64,000 bases of DNA from Armatimonadota bacterium (GTDB lineage: Bacteria > Vulcanimicrobiota > JACPDS01 > JBDRKI01), in NCBI GenBank assembly GCA_043814095.1, contig JBDRKI010000054.1, forward strand, positions 14,666 to 78,665. The letters run 5' to 3'. The position numbers and the translations under genes were made by a program. The notes beneath the pieces are model-generated. The model saw only the letters and a list, made by a program, of their open reading frames with translations. It was not told where the DNA came from and did no database searches. Shown one piece after another: positions 18,943 to 27,728 of the stretch (positions are counted from its first letter, which is position 1; each line of letters starts with the position of its first letter).

Positions 18943-20025
18943 ATGAAAAAAGAAAGAGTAATTGTAGAACTAAGCGGCGGGGTGGATTCCTCCGTTGCCG
19001 CATACCTTCTTAAAGAATCCGGATATGATGTAATAGCCGTAACATTCAGCGTATGGAAGCCCGGTAATGTTTCTGATTGCGGTGAAAAAAACTGCTGTGA
19101 CGCGGAGACCGCGCTCGTGGCAAAAAGAGTCGCCGTACAGCTAGGGATACCCCATTATAATATCTGTCTTAAAGAGGTTTTTTACGATAAAGTAGTCAAA
19201 GATTTTATTGATAATTATAAAACAGGGCTGACTCCCAATCCCTGTGTAAGATGCAATCAATTTATAAAATTCAACCTGCCGGCCGGTAAATTAAAACACC
19301 TCTCCCCCTTTAAAACTGCGACCGGCCATTACGCCAAAATAATATATGATGAAAAAACCAAAAGATACAAACTTTATAAGGGAAAGGATATTAAAAAAGA
19401 CCAGTCTTATTTCCTTTACTGCCTTAGTCAGGAAGCGCTTAAAAACACTTTATTCCCCCTGGCTGATATGACAAAAGAAAACGTGAGAAAAACCGCACAT
19501 GAACAGAACCTGCCCACAAAATCAAAAAGAGAAAGCCAGGAAATATGCTTTGTACCCGGCGCGGATTACAAAAAATTCTTTGAAGATATGGAAATAACAT
19601 CCCCGAAAGGCGCCATTTTAGATAAAAACGGAGTTAAGCTGGGCGAACATAACGGGATATTAAATTACACCGTAGGACAGAGGCGCGGCATGGGTATATC
19701 AGCGGATAAACCCCTTTACATAATAAAAATTAACGCAAAAGAAAATACTTTGATCGCGGGTAAAAATAAAGACCTGTTTACCGATACTGTATGCGTTCGG
19801 GATATAAACTGGATAAGCTTTGATAAGCCCGACAAACAAATCCACGCAAAAGTGCGTATAAGATATAACATGAAAGAACAGGATGCCTCTATAAAGCCTA
19901 CGGGTAAAAATAAAGCCGAGGTTAAATTTAAAAACCCGGTAAGAGCCGTAACCCCCGGGCAGTCTGCGGTATTTTACGGCGGCGATGAGGTCCTCGGAGG
20001 CGGAATAATAACGTTAAGAGGATAA
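18943..20025 (+). CDS. mnmA: tRNA 2-thiouridine(34) synthase MnmA
   Basis: SGGVDSS, TPNPCVRCN, ATGHYA, KDQSYFL, ESQEICF, YTVGQRRG and PGQSAVFY. Confidence 0.96.
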   Translation: MKKERVIVELSGGVDSSVAAYLLKESGYDVIAVTFSVWKPGNVSDCGEKNCCDAETALVAKRVAVQLGIPHYNICLKEVFYDKVVKDFIDNYKTGLTPNPCVRCNQFIKFNLPAGKLKHLSPFKTATGHYAKIIYDEKTKRYKLYKGKDIKKDQSYFLYCLSQEALKNTLFPLADMTKENVRKTAHEQNLPTKSKRESQEICFVPGADYKKFFEDMEITSPKGAILDKNGVKLGEHNGILNYTVGQRRGMGISADKPLYIIKINAKENTLIAGKNKDLFTDTVCVRDINWISFDKPDKQIHAKVRIRYNMKEQDASIKPTGKNKAEVKFKNPVRAVTPGQSAVFYGGDEVLGGGIITLRG

Positions 20026-20075
20026 TCTCTTTAAATTAAGAAATATTTGCATTATTAATAAAAGGAATTAATACA

Positions 20076-20285
20076 ATGTATTTATCGTCTTCAGAAATAC
20101 ATCAATTAAATTTTCTTAAGAAGAAAAAACCTTCTGAGAGATTTCAATTAATGGTACAATTAATTGAAGAACAATTTGAAGCCATGAAAGCAGGGCTTAA
20201 ATATAAAAATCCCGGGATTGATGACGAGGAGCTTATGAAATGCCTGAAAACAAAAATGATAAAAATATATTCCTTGAAACTTTAG
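20076..20285 (+). CDS. Small protein, putative antitoxin partner of the downstream nucleotidyltransferase
   Basis: 69 aa, overlaps the next gene; AT-rich two-gene unit. Confidence 0.5.
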   Translation: MYLSSSEIHQLNFLKKKKPSERFQLMVQLIEEQFEAMKAGLKYKNPGIDDEELMKCLKTKMIKIYSLKL

Positions 20286-20812
20286 AATGGATATGCCGCA
20301 AATTAGAAACTTCTGATATCCCTTATATGATTACAGGCGGTTCTGCCGTGGGCTTTTGGGGATACATTAGAACCACAATGGATATTGATATTATAATTCA
20401 AATTCAAAGTAAAAAGGTTGAACAATTTTTGAAAGGCCTTGAAAACGAAGCATATATTAATATTGATGAAGCCGAAAAATCTATTCGCGATAAAAAAATG
20501 TTTAATATCATTCTCAATAAAAGCTGTTTTAAAATAGATATTATCCCCTTAAACGAAAAAGATGAATATGAAAAAGAAAAATTTAAAAATAAAGTTAAAA
20601 TTAATTTTCAAAGCAAAGAAATATTCATAATAAGCCCGGAGGATCTTATTATTTCAAAGCTTATCTGGAATAGACTGTCCGGCGGATCAGAAAGACAACT
20701 TAAGGACTGCGAAAGCATATATAAATTAAATAGTGAAAATTTAAATTTAGACTATATAACAAAATGGGTAAAAATATTAAAACTTGAAGAAACATTTAAT
20801 AAGATAGTTTAA
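20240..20812 (+). CDS. Pol-beta-superfamily nucleotidyltransferase (AbiEii/TA-like)
   Basis: YMITGGSA...RTTMDID, ISPEDLIISKL and RQLKD. Confidence 0.75.
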   Translation: MPENKNDKNIFLETLEWICRKLETSDIPYMITGGSAVGFWGYIRTTMDIDIIIQIQSKKVEQFLKGLENEAYINIDEAEKSIRDKKMFNIILNKSCFKIDIIPLNEKDEYEKEKFKNKVKINFQSKEIFIISPEDLIISKLIWNRLSGGSERQLKDCESIYKLNSENLNLDYITKWVKILKLEETFNKIV

Positions 20813-20824
20813 CTTCCGGCAGAA

Positions 20825-21298
20825 TCAACACACGGTACTCTCTTTTAAACTTAATTTCCTTAACTTCACACCGGCTTCATGGTAAAGGTTTTTAACCGCA
20901 TCTGAAACAGGATATTCATCGCTGTAAATAACTTCCTTTATACCCGCGTTTATTATCATTTTCGTACACATAAGACACGGTGAAAAAGTGGAATACAATA
21001 TGGAATCTTTTATGCTGACACCGTGATAAGCCGCCTGGGTTATGGCGTTTTCTTCCGCGTGCGAGCACAGGCATTCATCAAGCGCCGAACCCGAAGGAGC
21101 CATGCTGTTGCATCTGGGGCATCCCCCCTCATCACAGTTTCTCGTGCCTCTCGGCGTTCCGTTATAGCCTGTTGAAATAATTCTCTTGTCTTTTATTATT
21201 ACGGCGGCAACCTGCCTTTTCATGCAGTTGGAGCGTTCCGCCACTACCTTTGCTATATTTATAAAATATTCGTCCCATGAAGGCCTTTTTTTGATCAT
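20825..21298 (-). CDS. dCMP deaminase
   Basis: RPSWDEYF, STGYNG, HAEENAI and PCLMC Zn motifs. Confidence 0.92.
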   Translation of the reverse strand: MIKKRPSWDEYFINIAKVVAERSNCMKRQVAAVIIKDKRIISTGYNGTPRGTRNCDEGGCPRCNSMAPSGSALDECLCSHAEENAITQAAYHGVSIKDSILYSTFSPCLMCTKMIINAGIKEVIYSDEYPVSDAVKNLYHEAGVKLRKLSLKESTVC

Positions 21299-21843
21299 AA
21301 TTTCTTCCCCGTTAAAAAATAATCTATTTTTTTATAAAGCTCTTCTAATCCCGAGTTATTTTCTATGACATGATCCGCGAGCTCTATTGTTTTATCTACC
21401 TGCTGTTTAACCGGATCTGTATTATTAATTTCCCTTTTCTCATACGCCGTAAATTCCTCAAAGCTAACGGCATCTCCCTGCCTGTGGCGGCTGCACATTC
21501 TTTCATGCCTTATTTTATCATCCGCCCTTATCTCCACCAGGGTAAAGTTATCAATACTTCTTAACGAAGCCACTTCCGCGGGGTTTCTTATGGAATCTAT
21601 AACATAATCTTTATCTTTATTAATCTTGCTCAGAAGCCGGTCGGCAAGAACAGACGGCCCGAAATCGCCTCTGAGCTTATTGCCCATCTGTATAAGAGTT
21701 TCCCTTGATTCGGGAATATTCCGCAGGCTTAATTCCTCCCTTATCTCATCAGAAAGGGAATAGTATATAAAACCTTTTTTCTTCAGGTATTCGGCAAGCT
21801 CGCCCTTACCCGAACAGTTCCTGCCGGTTATGCCTATAACCAT
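21295..21843 (-). CDS. P-loop nucleotide-kinase-like protein (dephospho-CoA kinase/NMP kinase fold)
   Basis: IGITGRNCSGKG P-loop, VIDSIRNPAEV and ADHVIENN. Confidence 0.75.
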   Translation of the reverse strand: MVIGITGRNCSGKGELAEYLKKKGFIYYSLSDEIREELSLRNIPESRETLIQMGNKLRGDFGPSVLADRLLSKINKDKDYVIDSIRNPAEVASLRSIDNFTLVEIRADDKIRHERMCSRHRQGDAVSFEEFTAYEKREINNTDPVKQQVDKTIELADHVIENNSGLEELYKKIDYFLTGKKL

Positions 21844-21849
21844 AAATAC

Positions 21850-22437
21850 CTACCAATTTTCACATAAAATTTCATAATAATCCCGGGGATGATCGCATGC
21901 GGGGCAGACAAGAGGCGCTTCGGCTCCTTCATATACATACCCGCAGTTACCGCATCTCCATTTTACGGATTGCGTTTTCTTAAACACCGTATTCTTTTCT
22001 ATATTAGCAAGAAAAGCTCTGTATCTTTTCTCGTGCTGTTTTTCCGCGACGGATACGGCTTTAAAAACATCCGCTATTTCCTTAAATCCTTCTTCTTCGG
22101 CGGTTTTCGCGAATTCCGCGTAAAGGGTAGTCCATTCAAGGTTTTCACCGTCCGCGGCTTCTTTTAAATTTTCCGCGGTTCTTCCTATAACGCCAGCGGG
22201 GAATGCGGCGGTAATCTCAACTTCACCGCCTTCTAAAAATTTAAAGAATCTTTTCGCGTGCTCTTTCTCGTTATCGGCTGTTTCGGTAAATATATTGGAA
22301 ATCTGAATATACCCTTCTTTTTTCGCCTGTGAGGCAAAATAAGTGTAGCGGTTCCGGGCCTGGGATTCACCCGAGAAAGCTTTGAGAAGATTCTGTTCTG
22401 TTTTTGTGCCCTTTAATGACTTCACTTTTACCTCCAT
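21850..22437 (-). CDS. rbr: Rubrerythrin
   Basis: [24 protein letters not shown]-terminal CGNCG...CPAC. Confidence 0.95.
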   Translation of the reverse strand: MEVKVKSLKGTKTEQNLLKAFSGESQARNRYTYFASQAKKEGYIQISNIFTETADNEKEHAKRFFKFLEGGEVEITAAFPAGVIGRTAENLKEAADGENLEWTTLYAEFAKTAEEEGFKEIADVFKAVSVAEKQHEKRYRAFLANIEKNTVFKKTQSVKWRCGNCGYVYEGAEAPLVCPACDHPRDYYEILCENW

Positions 22438-22439
22438 TA

Positions 22440-22949
22440 TTATGCTCCTGCGGAAAGATGTATTTTTCTTTTGGCAAGCTCTTTGTCTGTAATAGCAATA
22501 CCGGCGTCTTCTTCGCCGTTTCTGTTTATCATCTCTATAACTTCCGAGGCGGACTCTTCTTCTTCTACCTGCTCTTTAACAAACCAGTCTAAGAATTTTC
22601 TTGTTTCTATGTCCTGTTCCTCATCCGCAAGCTTAACCAGGTCATTTATAAGGCCGGTAACTTTCTGTTCGTGCTTATATACCTCTTCAAACACATTTAA
22701 GGGTGAAGACCACTGCGCCTGGGGAGCGGGAATTTCCATCATTATGGCCCTGTAATCATTTTGCGCAAGATAATCGTAAATTTTCATGGCATGGGTAAGT
22801 TCCTCATAAAACTGCGCGCGCAAAAAATGCGAGAAGCCTTTCAACTTCATTGAATCAAGATACGCGGCCATAGCCAGATAAAGATAAGCCGAATAAAGCT
22901 CCCGGTTAATCTGCTTATTTAAAGCCTGTCCCATTTTTTCTTTTAACAT
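22440..22949 (-). CDS. ftn: Non-heme ferritin
   Basis: [26 protein letters not shown] and [10 protein letters not shown]. Confidence 0.93.
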   Translation of the reverse strand: MLKEKMGQALNKQINRELYSAYLYLAMAAYLDSMKLKGFSHFLRAQFYEELTHAMKIYDYLAQNDYRAIMMEIPAPQAQWSSPLNVFEEVYKHEQKVTGLINDLVKLADEEQDIETRKFLDWFVKEQVEEEESASEVIEMINRNGEEDAGIAITDKELAKRKIHLSAGA

Positions 22950-22981
22950 AATAGCCTCCTGTTTTTTTTAAAAAAAATAAT

Positions 22982-23143
22982 TTATTCCTGTTCTGTGAAC
23001 AGATCTTTCGTTGCCCCGCACACGGGACAAACCCAGTCCGCGGGAAGCTCGCTAAAAGGCGTTCCCTCGGGTATATCGCTCTCGGGATCACCCAGTGTAG
23101 GATCATACACGTAACCGCATATGGAACATACATACTTTCCCAT
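22982..23143 (-). CDS. Rubredoxin (53 aa, intact)
   Basis: Hand translation [62 protein letters not shown]. Confidence 0.95.
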   Translation of the reverse strand: MGKYVCSICGYVYDPTLGDPESDIPEGTPFSELPADWVCPVCGATKDLFTEQE

Positions 23144-23146
23144 ATT

Positions 23147-23659
23147 CTATCCCTCCTTATTGATATAGGTTGGCGCCGTTTTCGGGGAAGTTCCCCTTTT
23201 CACTTCATGGTAATAAGCATAAGTCATGGGTTCTTCGCTGTTTAATATTTCGCCTTCTGCTACTTCTGCTAAAAATACGGTATGAGAACCCGCGTCAAAA
23301 CTGTTTACAACCTTTGCTTCTATATATCCTATTACATTGTCTAAAACTATCGGGGAACCCGTACTCCCTATTTTATAATTTACATCTTTGAATTTATCGG
23401 TATCTCTTCCTGACTTGAACCCGAACTGCCCTATTAATTTTAAGGGGGCTTCTTTTGAAAGAACAGACACGGAGAAAACTTTGCTTTCTTTTATATACTC
23501 ATGAGTTAAATTCTGTTTGTTTATGCTTGCGGCTATAGCCTGCGGCTCTGAGGTTATCTGCATAACAGCGTTCGCCGTCTGAGCATTTATTTTACCGTCA
23601 CTTACAGAACCCACAATATACATGCCGTAGCTTATCTTATGCAGAACGCTGGAATCCAT
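23147..23659 (-). CDS. Flavin reductase-like FMN-binding protein (like the N-domain of high-molecular-weight rubredoxin)
   Basis: ISYGMYIV, FGFKSGRDTDKF, GSHTVF and PMTYAYYH; start MDSS at 23659. Confidence 0.88.
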   Translation of the reverse strand: MDSSVLHKISYGMYIVGSVSDGKINAQTANAVMQITSEPQAIAASINKQNLTHEYIKESKVFSVSVLSKEAPLKLIGQFGFKSGRDTDKFKDVNYKIGSTGSPIVLDNVIGYIEAKVVNSFDAGSHTVFLAEVAEGEILNSEEPMTYAYYHEVKRGTSPKTAPTYINKEG

Positions 23660-23663
23660 AAAT

Positions 23664-25214
23664 TTACTCCTTACTCTTAGCTCGGCGCGGGCAAGGTTTG
23701 TCCCCGTCCCCGCACGGATGCCCGCATTCGGTAAAGGTGCTTTCCTCTGACTTATCTGTTTTAATTTCCTTATTTTTATCAAGATAGTTCCTTATCGCAT
23801 TATGCAGGGCGTCAGTGCCCAGGTTGGAGCAGTGCATCTTCTGCGGGGGAAGCCCTCCCAGGGCTTTCGCTATTTCATCTTTTGTTATCTTAAGAGCTTC
23901 TTCTATTGTTTTTCCTATTGCCATCTCCGAAACTATTGAAGAGACGGCAATAGCGGCGCCGCAATTATGCACCGCAAATCCTTTCACAAGATATGTATTT
24001 GGTTCAAAAGCAACCTGAAAATTATATACTTTCCCAAAGTAGGATTTTGTATCAATTTTTTTAACAGGAACTAAAAAATAACTATCCTTTGAATGAACAA
24101 ACCTATGCTTCCTGTCTAATTTAAATGATATTAAAAATTGGTGCGAATCGGATAATTTTCTTCCTTCTATAACACAGTTCTTCTTCCAAATTTCCCTTAT
24201 TGAAGCAAAAATTTTTCCCCTCGCAAGAATTTGCTGCATCTGCATCGCTAAAATTTCGGATGTAGTAGTAACTCTATAAGTCTCGCTGTCCGTGCCCCTT
24301 CTTTTATATTTATCTCCGTCTCCAAGCAAATAAGTTTTAAACATTTCCCATTGTTTTGCAAACGGCAAATAAAGAACATCTCGCGATAATTTTTTGGCTT
24401 TGGCATATTTTCCGCAATGTTCAATTAAAAAATCTGCCAATTTTCTGCTACATACATAGACTTCAGAAACATTGTTTCGTATGCGTTCTTGGGCTTTCTT
24501 TTTTGTACAATAAAATATTAGATTCTTTGTTTCATTTATCAATTTTTTTTCTGTTTTATTAAACGAAAAACATACTACACTATTATTTGCACTCATATAT
24601 CCTTCTGACAAATAATAACCCAAAAGCCGCATTAGTTTTAAATCAAAAGATTTAATATCTTTAGTTTGGATATTATAGCCATAAATCAAATAATCTCCTT
24701 TTTCTACATCCTTTGCCGGAATAAAATCAGGTTTTTGCAATAATAGATTCTTATGTTTTACTCTTAACCATTTACATTTTTTACTGGAATAACGAGCCCC
24801 CTTCACCCATTCTCTTTTAATGCACAATACGGGATGATTTGCAGTTAGAGAAAATGCGTTATAAGGTGAAACAAAAGGCAACATTCTAAGTAACTTGCCT
24901 TTAAATTTGCTTTCATAAGTTTCCGCAACAAATGTAGTTTTTCCCAAAGAATTGATAACTTTGTCGCCCTTTTCTATCTTATTTATCTGCTGCAAGCCGA
25001 CTGGATTTGTTATCACCTTTTCCGATGCCGGAAGACATCCGAAGGTTTTAAATTTCACGTCATCAAGCTTACCGTCTTTTACTTTTATGTAAAATGTCAT
25101 TATATCCCCGCACTGGGGATTCCCTACTTCACCCACGCCGTCCGCGCCGGGTATTTCCCCCACATTTCTGGGGTTCTGGAAATGATCCATAACTTTATCC
25201 GAATAAAAAGACAT
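23664..25214 (-). CDS. iscU: Fe-S cluster scaffold IscU/NifU-N interrupted by an intein
   Basis: Exteins YSDKVMDHFQNPRNVG..GNPQCGD..KFKTFG / CGAAIAVSS..LPPQKMHCSNL give a 158-aa spliced product. Confidence 0.93.
   Translation of the reverse strand: MSFYSDKVMDHFQNPRNVGEIPGADGVGEVGNPQCGDIMTFYIKVKDGKLDDVKFKTFGCLPASEKVITNPVGLQQINKIEKGDKVINSLGKTTFVAETYESKFKGKLLRMLPFVSPYNAFSLTANHPVLCIKREWVKGARYSSKKCKWLRVKHKNLLLQKPDFIPAKDVEKGDYLIYGYNIQTKDIKSFDLKLMRLLGYYLSEGYMSANNSVVCFSFNKTEKKLINETKNLIFYCTKKKAQERIRNNVSEVYVCSRKLADFLIEHCGKYAKAKKLSRDVLYLPFAKQWEMFKTYLLGDGDKYKRRGTDSETYRVTTTSEILAMQMQQILARGKIFASIREIWKKNCVIEGRKLSDSHQFLISFKLDRKHRFVHSKDSYFLVPVKKIDTKSYFGKVYNFQVAFEPNTYLVKGFAVHNCGAAIAVSSIVSEMAIGKTIEEALKITKDEIAKALGGLPPQKMHCSNLGTDALHNAIRNYLDKNKEIKTDKSEESTFTECGHPCGDGDKPCPRRAKSKE
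23964..25037 (-). mobile_element. Intein with LAGLIDADG homing endonuclease (358 aa)
   Basis: Block A CLPASEKV, block B TANHP, block C LLGYYLSEG, block E YLLGDG, block F VYNFQV, block G FAVHN|C. Confidence 0.93.
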
Positions 25215-25217
25215 ATA

Positions 25218-26642
25218 TTAAATCTCCTTCTCGCCTATCGCTTTTTCTTCCTTATTCAGGAAAATCATCTTTACCGGCTTGCCTTTATCGTCATAAACGT
25301 ATTTTATTATTGCCGCGCCCGACGACCTTAACTCTTTAAGTTTTCTGTCAGAACCGAAAAACCTTGCTTCGGTTATATCGCCTTTATCGTCATAAACGCA
25401 TGTCATAACGGCAAAACCCAGATCGGGTCTTTCCTTAAGCGCCTCGTCGGCGCCGAAAAATTCCACCTGCGTTATGTTCCCGTTTTTATCGTATTCCCAC
25501 TTCTGCCGGGCGACCCCGCAGAGAGCGTCTTCTTTTAATTTATCATCAGAGCCGAAATACCTTTCTTCTATTTTATTCCCGGCTTTATCGTACTTTGACC
25601 TTATAACGGCGTAGCCGGTATTTTTGTTTTCCTTCAGCTTTTTATCAACTCCCAAAAATTTCTTTTCTATCTCATTGCCGTCTTTATCGTACAGGGTAGC
25701 AACCACCGCGGCGCCGGTAACCTCGTCTTCTTTTAAGCCGCCTTTTTCATCAAGAGCCGAAACTTCCGTAAGATTGCCGAACTGGTCATATTTGCAAACC
25801 ATGCCGGCGGAACCGTGAATCTTATCAAGCTTGGGCTTCCCGTCAGCGCCGAAATATTTAACTTCCACGACATTGCCGTTAGCATCGTATTTAACCCGCA
25901 TTACTGCAACCCCGTAAACGGTATCTTCTTTTGGTTTGTTATTTTCGTCATAATAACTTGTTTCAATTTTATTACCGTATTTATCATATTTATAGGACTG
26001 TCTGGCAATGCCGATCTGGATATTTTCTTTTAATTTTTTATCCATGCCCAGATATCTTACTTCTTTTATGTTGCCGTCATTATCATAATTATATTCAAGC
26101 TCATATAAGCCGTTCTTGTCTATTATCCTGTTCCCGGAGGGGTCCATCCTTACGGATTTTATCCTGCGCCCGTCTTTATCGGTTATATAAAAATACTGGG
26201 CAACACCGTACCTGTCTTTTATTATTCCGCCGTTTTTGTCATGATTGGCTACAAGAAGCTTATGCTTGACAGGATCCCTTTTTATGGTAAGAAAATACAC
26301 GCCGTCGGAATTATAAACCGGACTGTCGCTTGAATCCAGATATATCCACTTCTCTTCTGCGGGAGAATATTCTATCTTTATACAGGCAGCTCCGAATTTC
26401 AGATCCGGCCTCGGCTTGCCGTTGTGAAAATAGTTAATTTTTACGGGTTTTCCTTCTTCATTAAATGCAATTTCATAACATCCTGTTTTGGAGGCCGTAT
26501 TTTCATCAACCTCATATTTTCCTTTAAGTTCATACTTATCATCTATATACAACTGCCGGTAATGCCCCGAAGAGGCGTAAGCCGTACTTATAAAACACAA
26601 AAAAACCGTTATAATTAATACCGTAAAAAGTATTTTTTTCAT
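25218..26642 (-). CDS. Secreted YD-like repeat protein
   Basis: Sec signal (..STAYA); nine ~33-aa repeats YDxxG(N/D/K)xxExx(Y/F)xGxDxKLKE. Confidence 0.7.
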   Translation of the reverse strand: MKKILFTVLIITVFLCFISTAYASSGHYRQLYIDDKYELKGKYEVDENTASKTGCYEIAFNEEGKPVKINYFHNGKPRPDLKFGAACIKIEYSPAEEKWIYLDSSDSPVYNSDGVYFLTIKRDPVKHKLLVANHDKNGGIIKDRYGVAQYFYITDKDGRRIKSVRMDPSGNRIIDKNGLYELEYNYDNDGNIKEVRYLGMDKKLKENIQIGIARQSYKYDKYGNKIETSYYDENNKPKEDTVYGVAVMRVKYDANGNVVEVKYFGADGKPKLDKIHGSAGMVCKYDQFGNLTEVSALDEKGGLKEDEVTGAAVVATLYDKDGNEIEKKFLGVDKKLKENKNTGYAVIRSKYDKAGNKIEERYFGSDDKLKEDALCGVARQKWEYDKNGNITQVEFFGADEALKERPDLGFAVMTCVYDDKGDITEARFFGSDRKLKELRSSGAAIIKYVYDDKGKPVKMIFLNKEEKAIGEKEI

Positions 26643-26666
26643 AAAATCCTCGCTTCGCGGATTTTG

Positions 26667-26903
26667 CTATATCCCGAGCTCATGGGATATAGCTTCTTTA
26701 TTAAAGCCCACGATCAATTTACCGTCTACATCTATAACGGGCACAGCGCGCTGGTTTGATTTTTCAATCATCTCCCTGGCGGCTTCCCGATCCGAAGAAA
26801 CATCTTTATTTTCAAAATCAATATTGTTCCGGCTTAAAAATTCCTTGGCCATTATACAGTAAGGGCATGTAGGGGTCGTATAAATCTTAACTTTTTTAGA
26901 CAT
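26667..26903 (-). CDS. Glutaredoxin-like protein (NrdH/YruB type)
   Basis: IYTTPTCPYC and VPVIDVDGKLIVGF. Confidence 0.92.
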   Translation of the reverse strand: MSKKVKIYTTPTCPYCIMAKEFLSRNNIDFENKDVSSDREAAREMIEKSNQRAVPVIDVDGKLIVGFNKEAISHELGI

Positions 26904-26925
26904 ATTTACACCTCTGCCTTTATTT

Positions 26926-27339
26926 TTATATCTGGACCTCGCTCATCCATCTGCCGTGAACATTGCAGAACTCAATAACCGTAAATTTTCCGCTTTCAAC
27001 CTTAAGATGGATTGAAAGCTCCGGATTTAAAGCAGCACCCGGTGCCATATGGTATCTTGCCATGAATTTATAATCATGGTAGATATCTATATATACTATA
27101 TAGTGCTTTTCTTCCATAACATGTATAATTTCGCCTATTTTTATCTGAGCATCAGTCTTAAAGTCTATAACCGGTATATGCTTCTTATCTCCTTCGGTTA
27201 AATTATCCGGATCTGCGGGTTTTTTAAAAGCATCCGGGGTCAGAACAAAACTTTCCTTTCTCGCCCCGCATACCGGACACTTTTCGGGCACTTCACCAAA
27301 AACGGCATGACCGCATACCTTGCATACAAAAATATCCAT
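26926..27339 (-). CDS. Superoxide reductase with N-terminal rubredoxin-like domain
   Basis: CKVCG...CPVCG; KHIP, HVMEEKHYI and CNVHG SOR ligands. Confidence 0.85.
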   Translation of the reverse strand: MDIFVCKVCGHAVFGEVPEKCPVCGARKESFVLTPDAFKKPADPDNLTEGDKKHIPVIDFKTDAQIKIGEIIHVMEEKHYIVYIDIYHDYKFMARYHMAPGAALNPELSIHLKVESGKFTVIEFCNVHGRWMSEVQI

Positions 27340-27351
27340 AACAATATCTCC

Positions 27352-27534
27352 TTAGATTATTATCGCAACAACCGGGCATTCCTCTGCTGCCTGCCTGCAG
27401 CAATCTTCAAGCTCCTTAGGAACCGCATCTAAGCGGACCACCGCCCTGTTGCCCTCTATCTCAAACATTTCGGGACATATAGAGACACATGTCCTGCATC
27501 CCACACATTTTATCCAGTCAACCTTTGCGCGCAT
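27352..27534 (-). CDS. Single-cluster ferredoxin
   Basis: CVGCRTCVSICP...AAEECPVVAI. Confidence 0.88.
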   Translation of the reverse strand: MRAKVDWIKCVGCRTCVSICPEMFEIEGNRAVVRLDAVPKELEDCCRQAAEECPVVAIII

Positions 27535-27549
27535 AAAAGTGTCTCCTTC

Positions 27550-27708
27550 CTACATCTTTTCAAACATGTCTTTGCCGACCCCGCACACGGGATAAACCCA
27601 GTCATCGGGGAGACTCTCAAAAGCCGTGCCCGGACTAACTCCGTTATCAGGATCCCCTATCTCAGGGTCATACACATACTGGCATACCGTACATAAATAT
27701 TTGTCCAT
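27550..27708 (-). CDS. Rubredoxin (52 aa) with third Cys ligand replaced by Tyr
   Basis: Hand translation [60 protein letters not shown]. Confidence 0.88.
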   Translation of the reverse strand: MDKYLCTVCQYVYDPEIGDPDNGVSPGTAFESLPDDWVYPVCGVGKDMFEKM

Positions 27709-27728
27709 TTTCCCTCCTGGTATATTTT

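Noticed and set aside
22915-23133. 72-aa ORF in the track
   Set aside because: It is an alternative-frame shadow of the rubredoxin at 22982..23143.
23660-23782. N-terminal extension of the flavin reductase ORF
   Set aside because: It overlaps the iscU 3' end; family similarity begins at the ATG at 23659.
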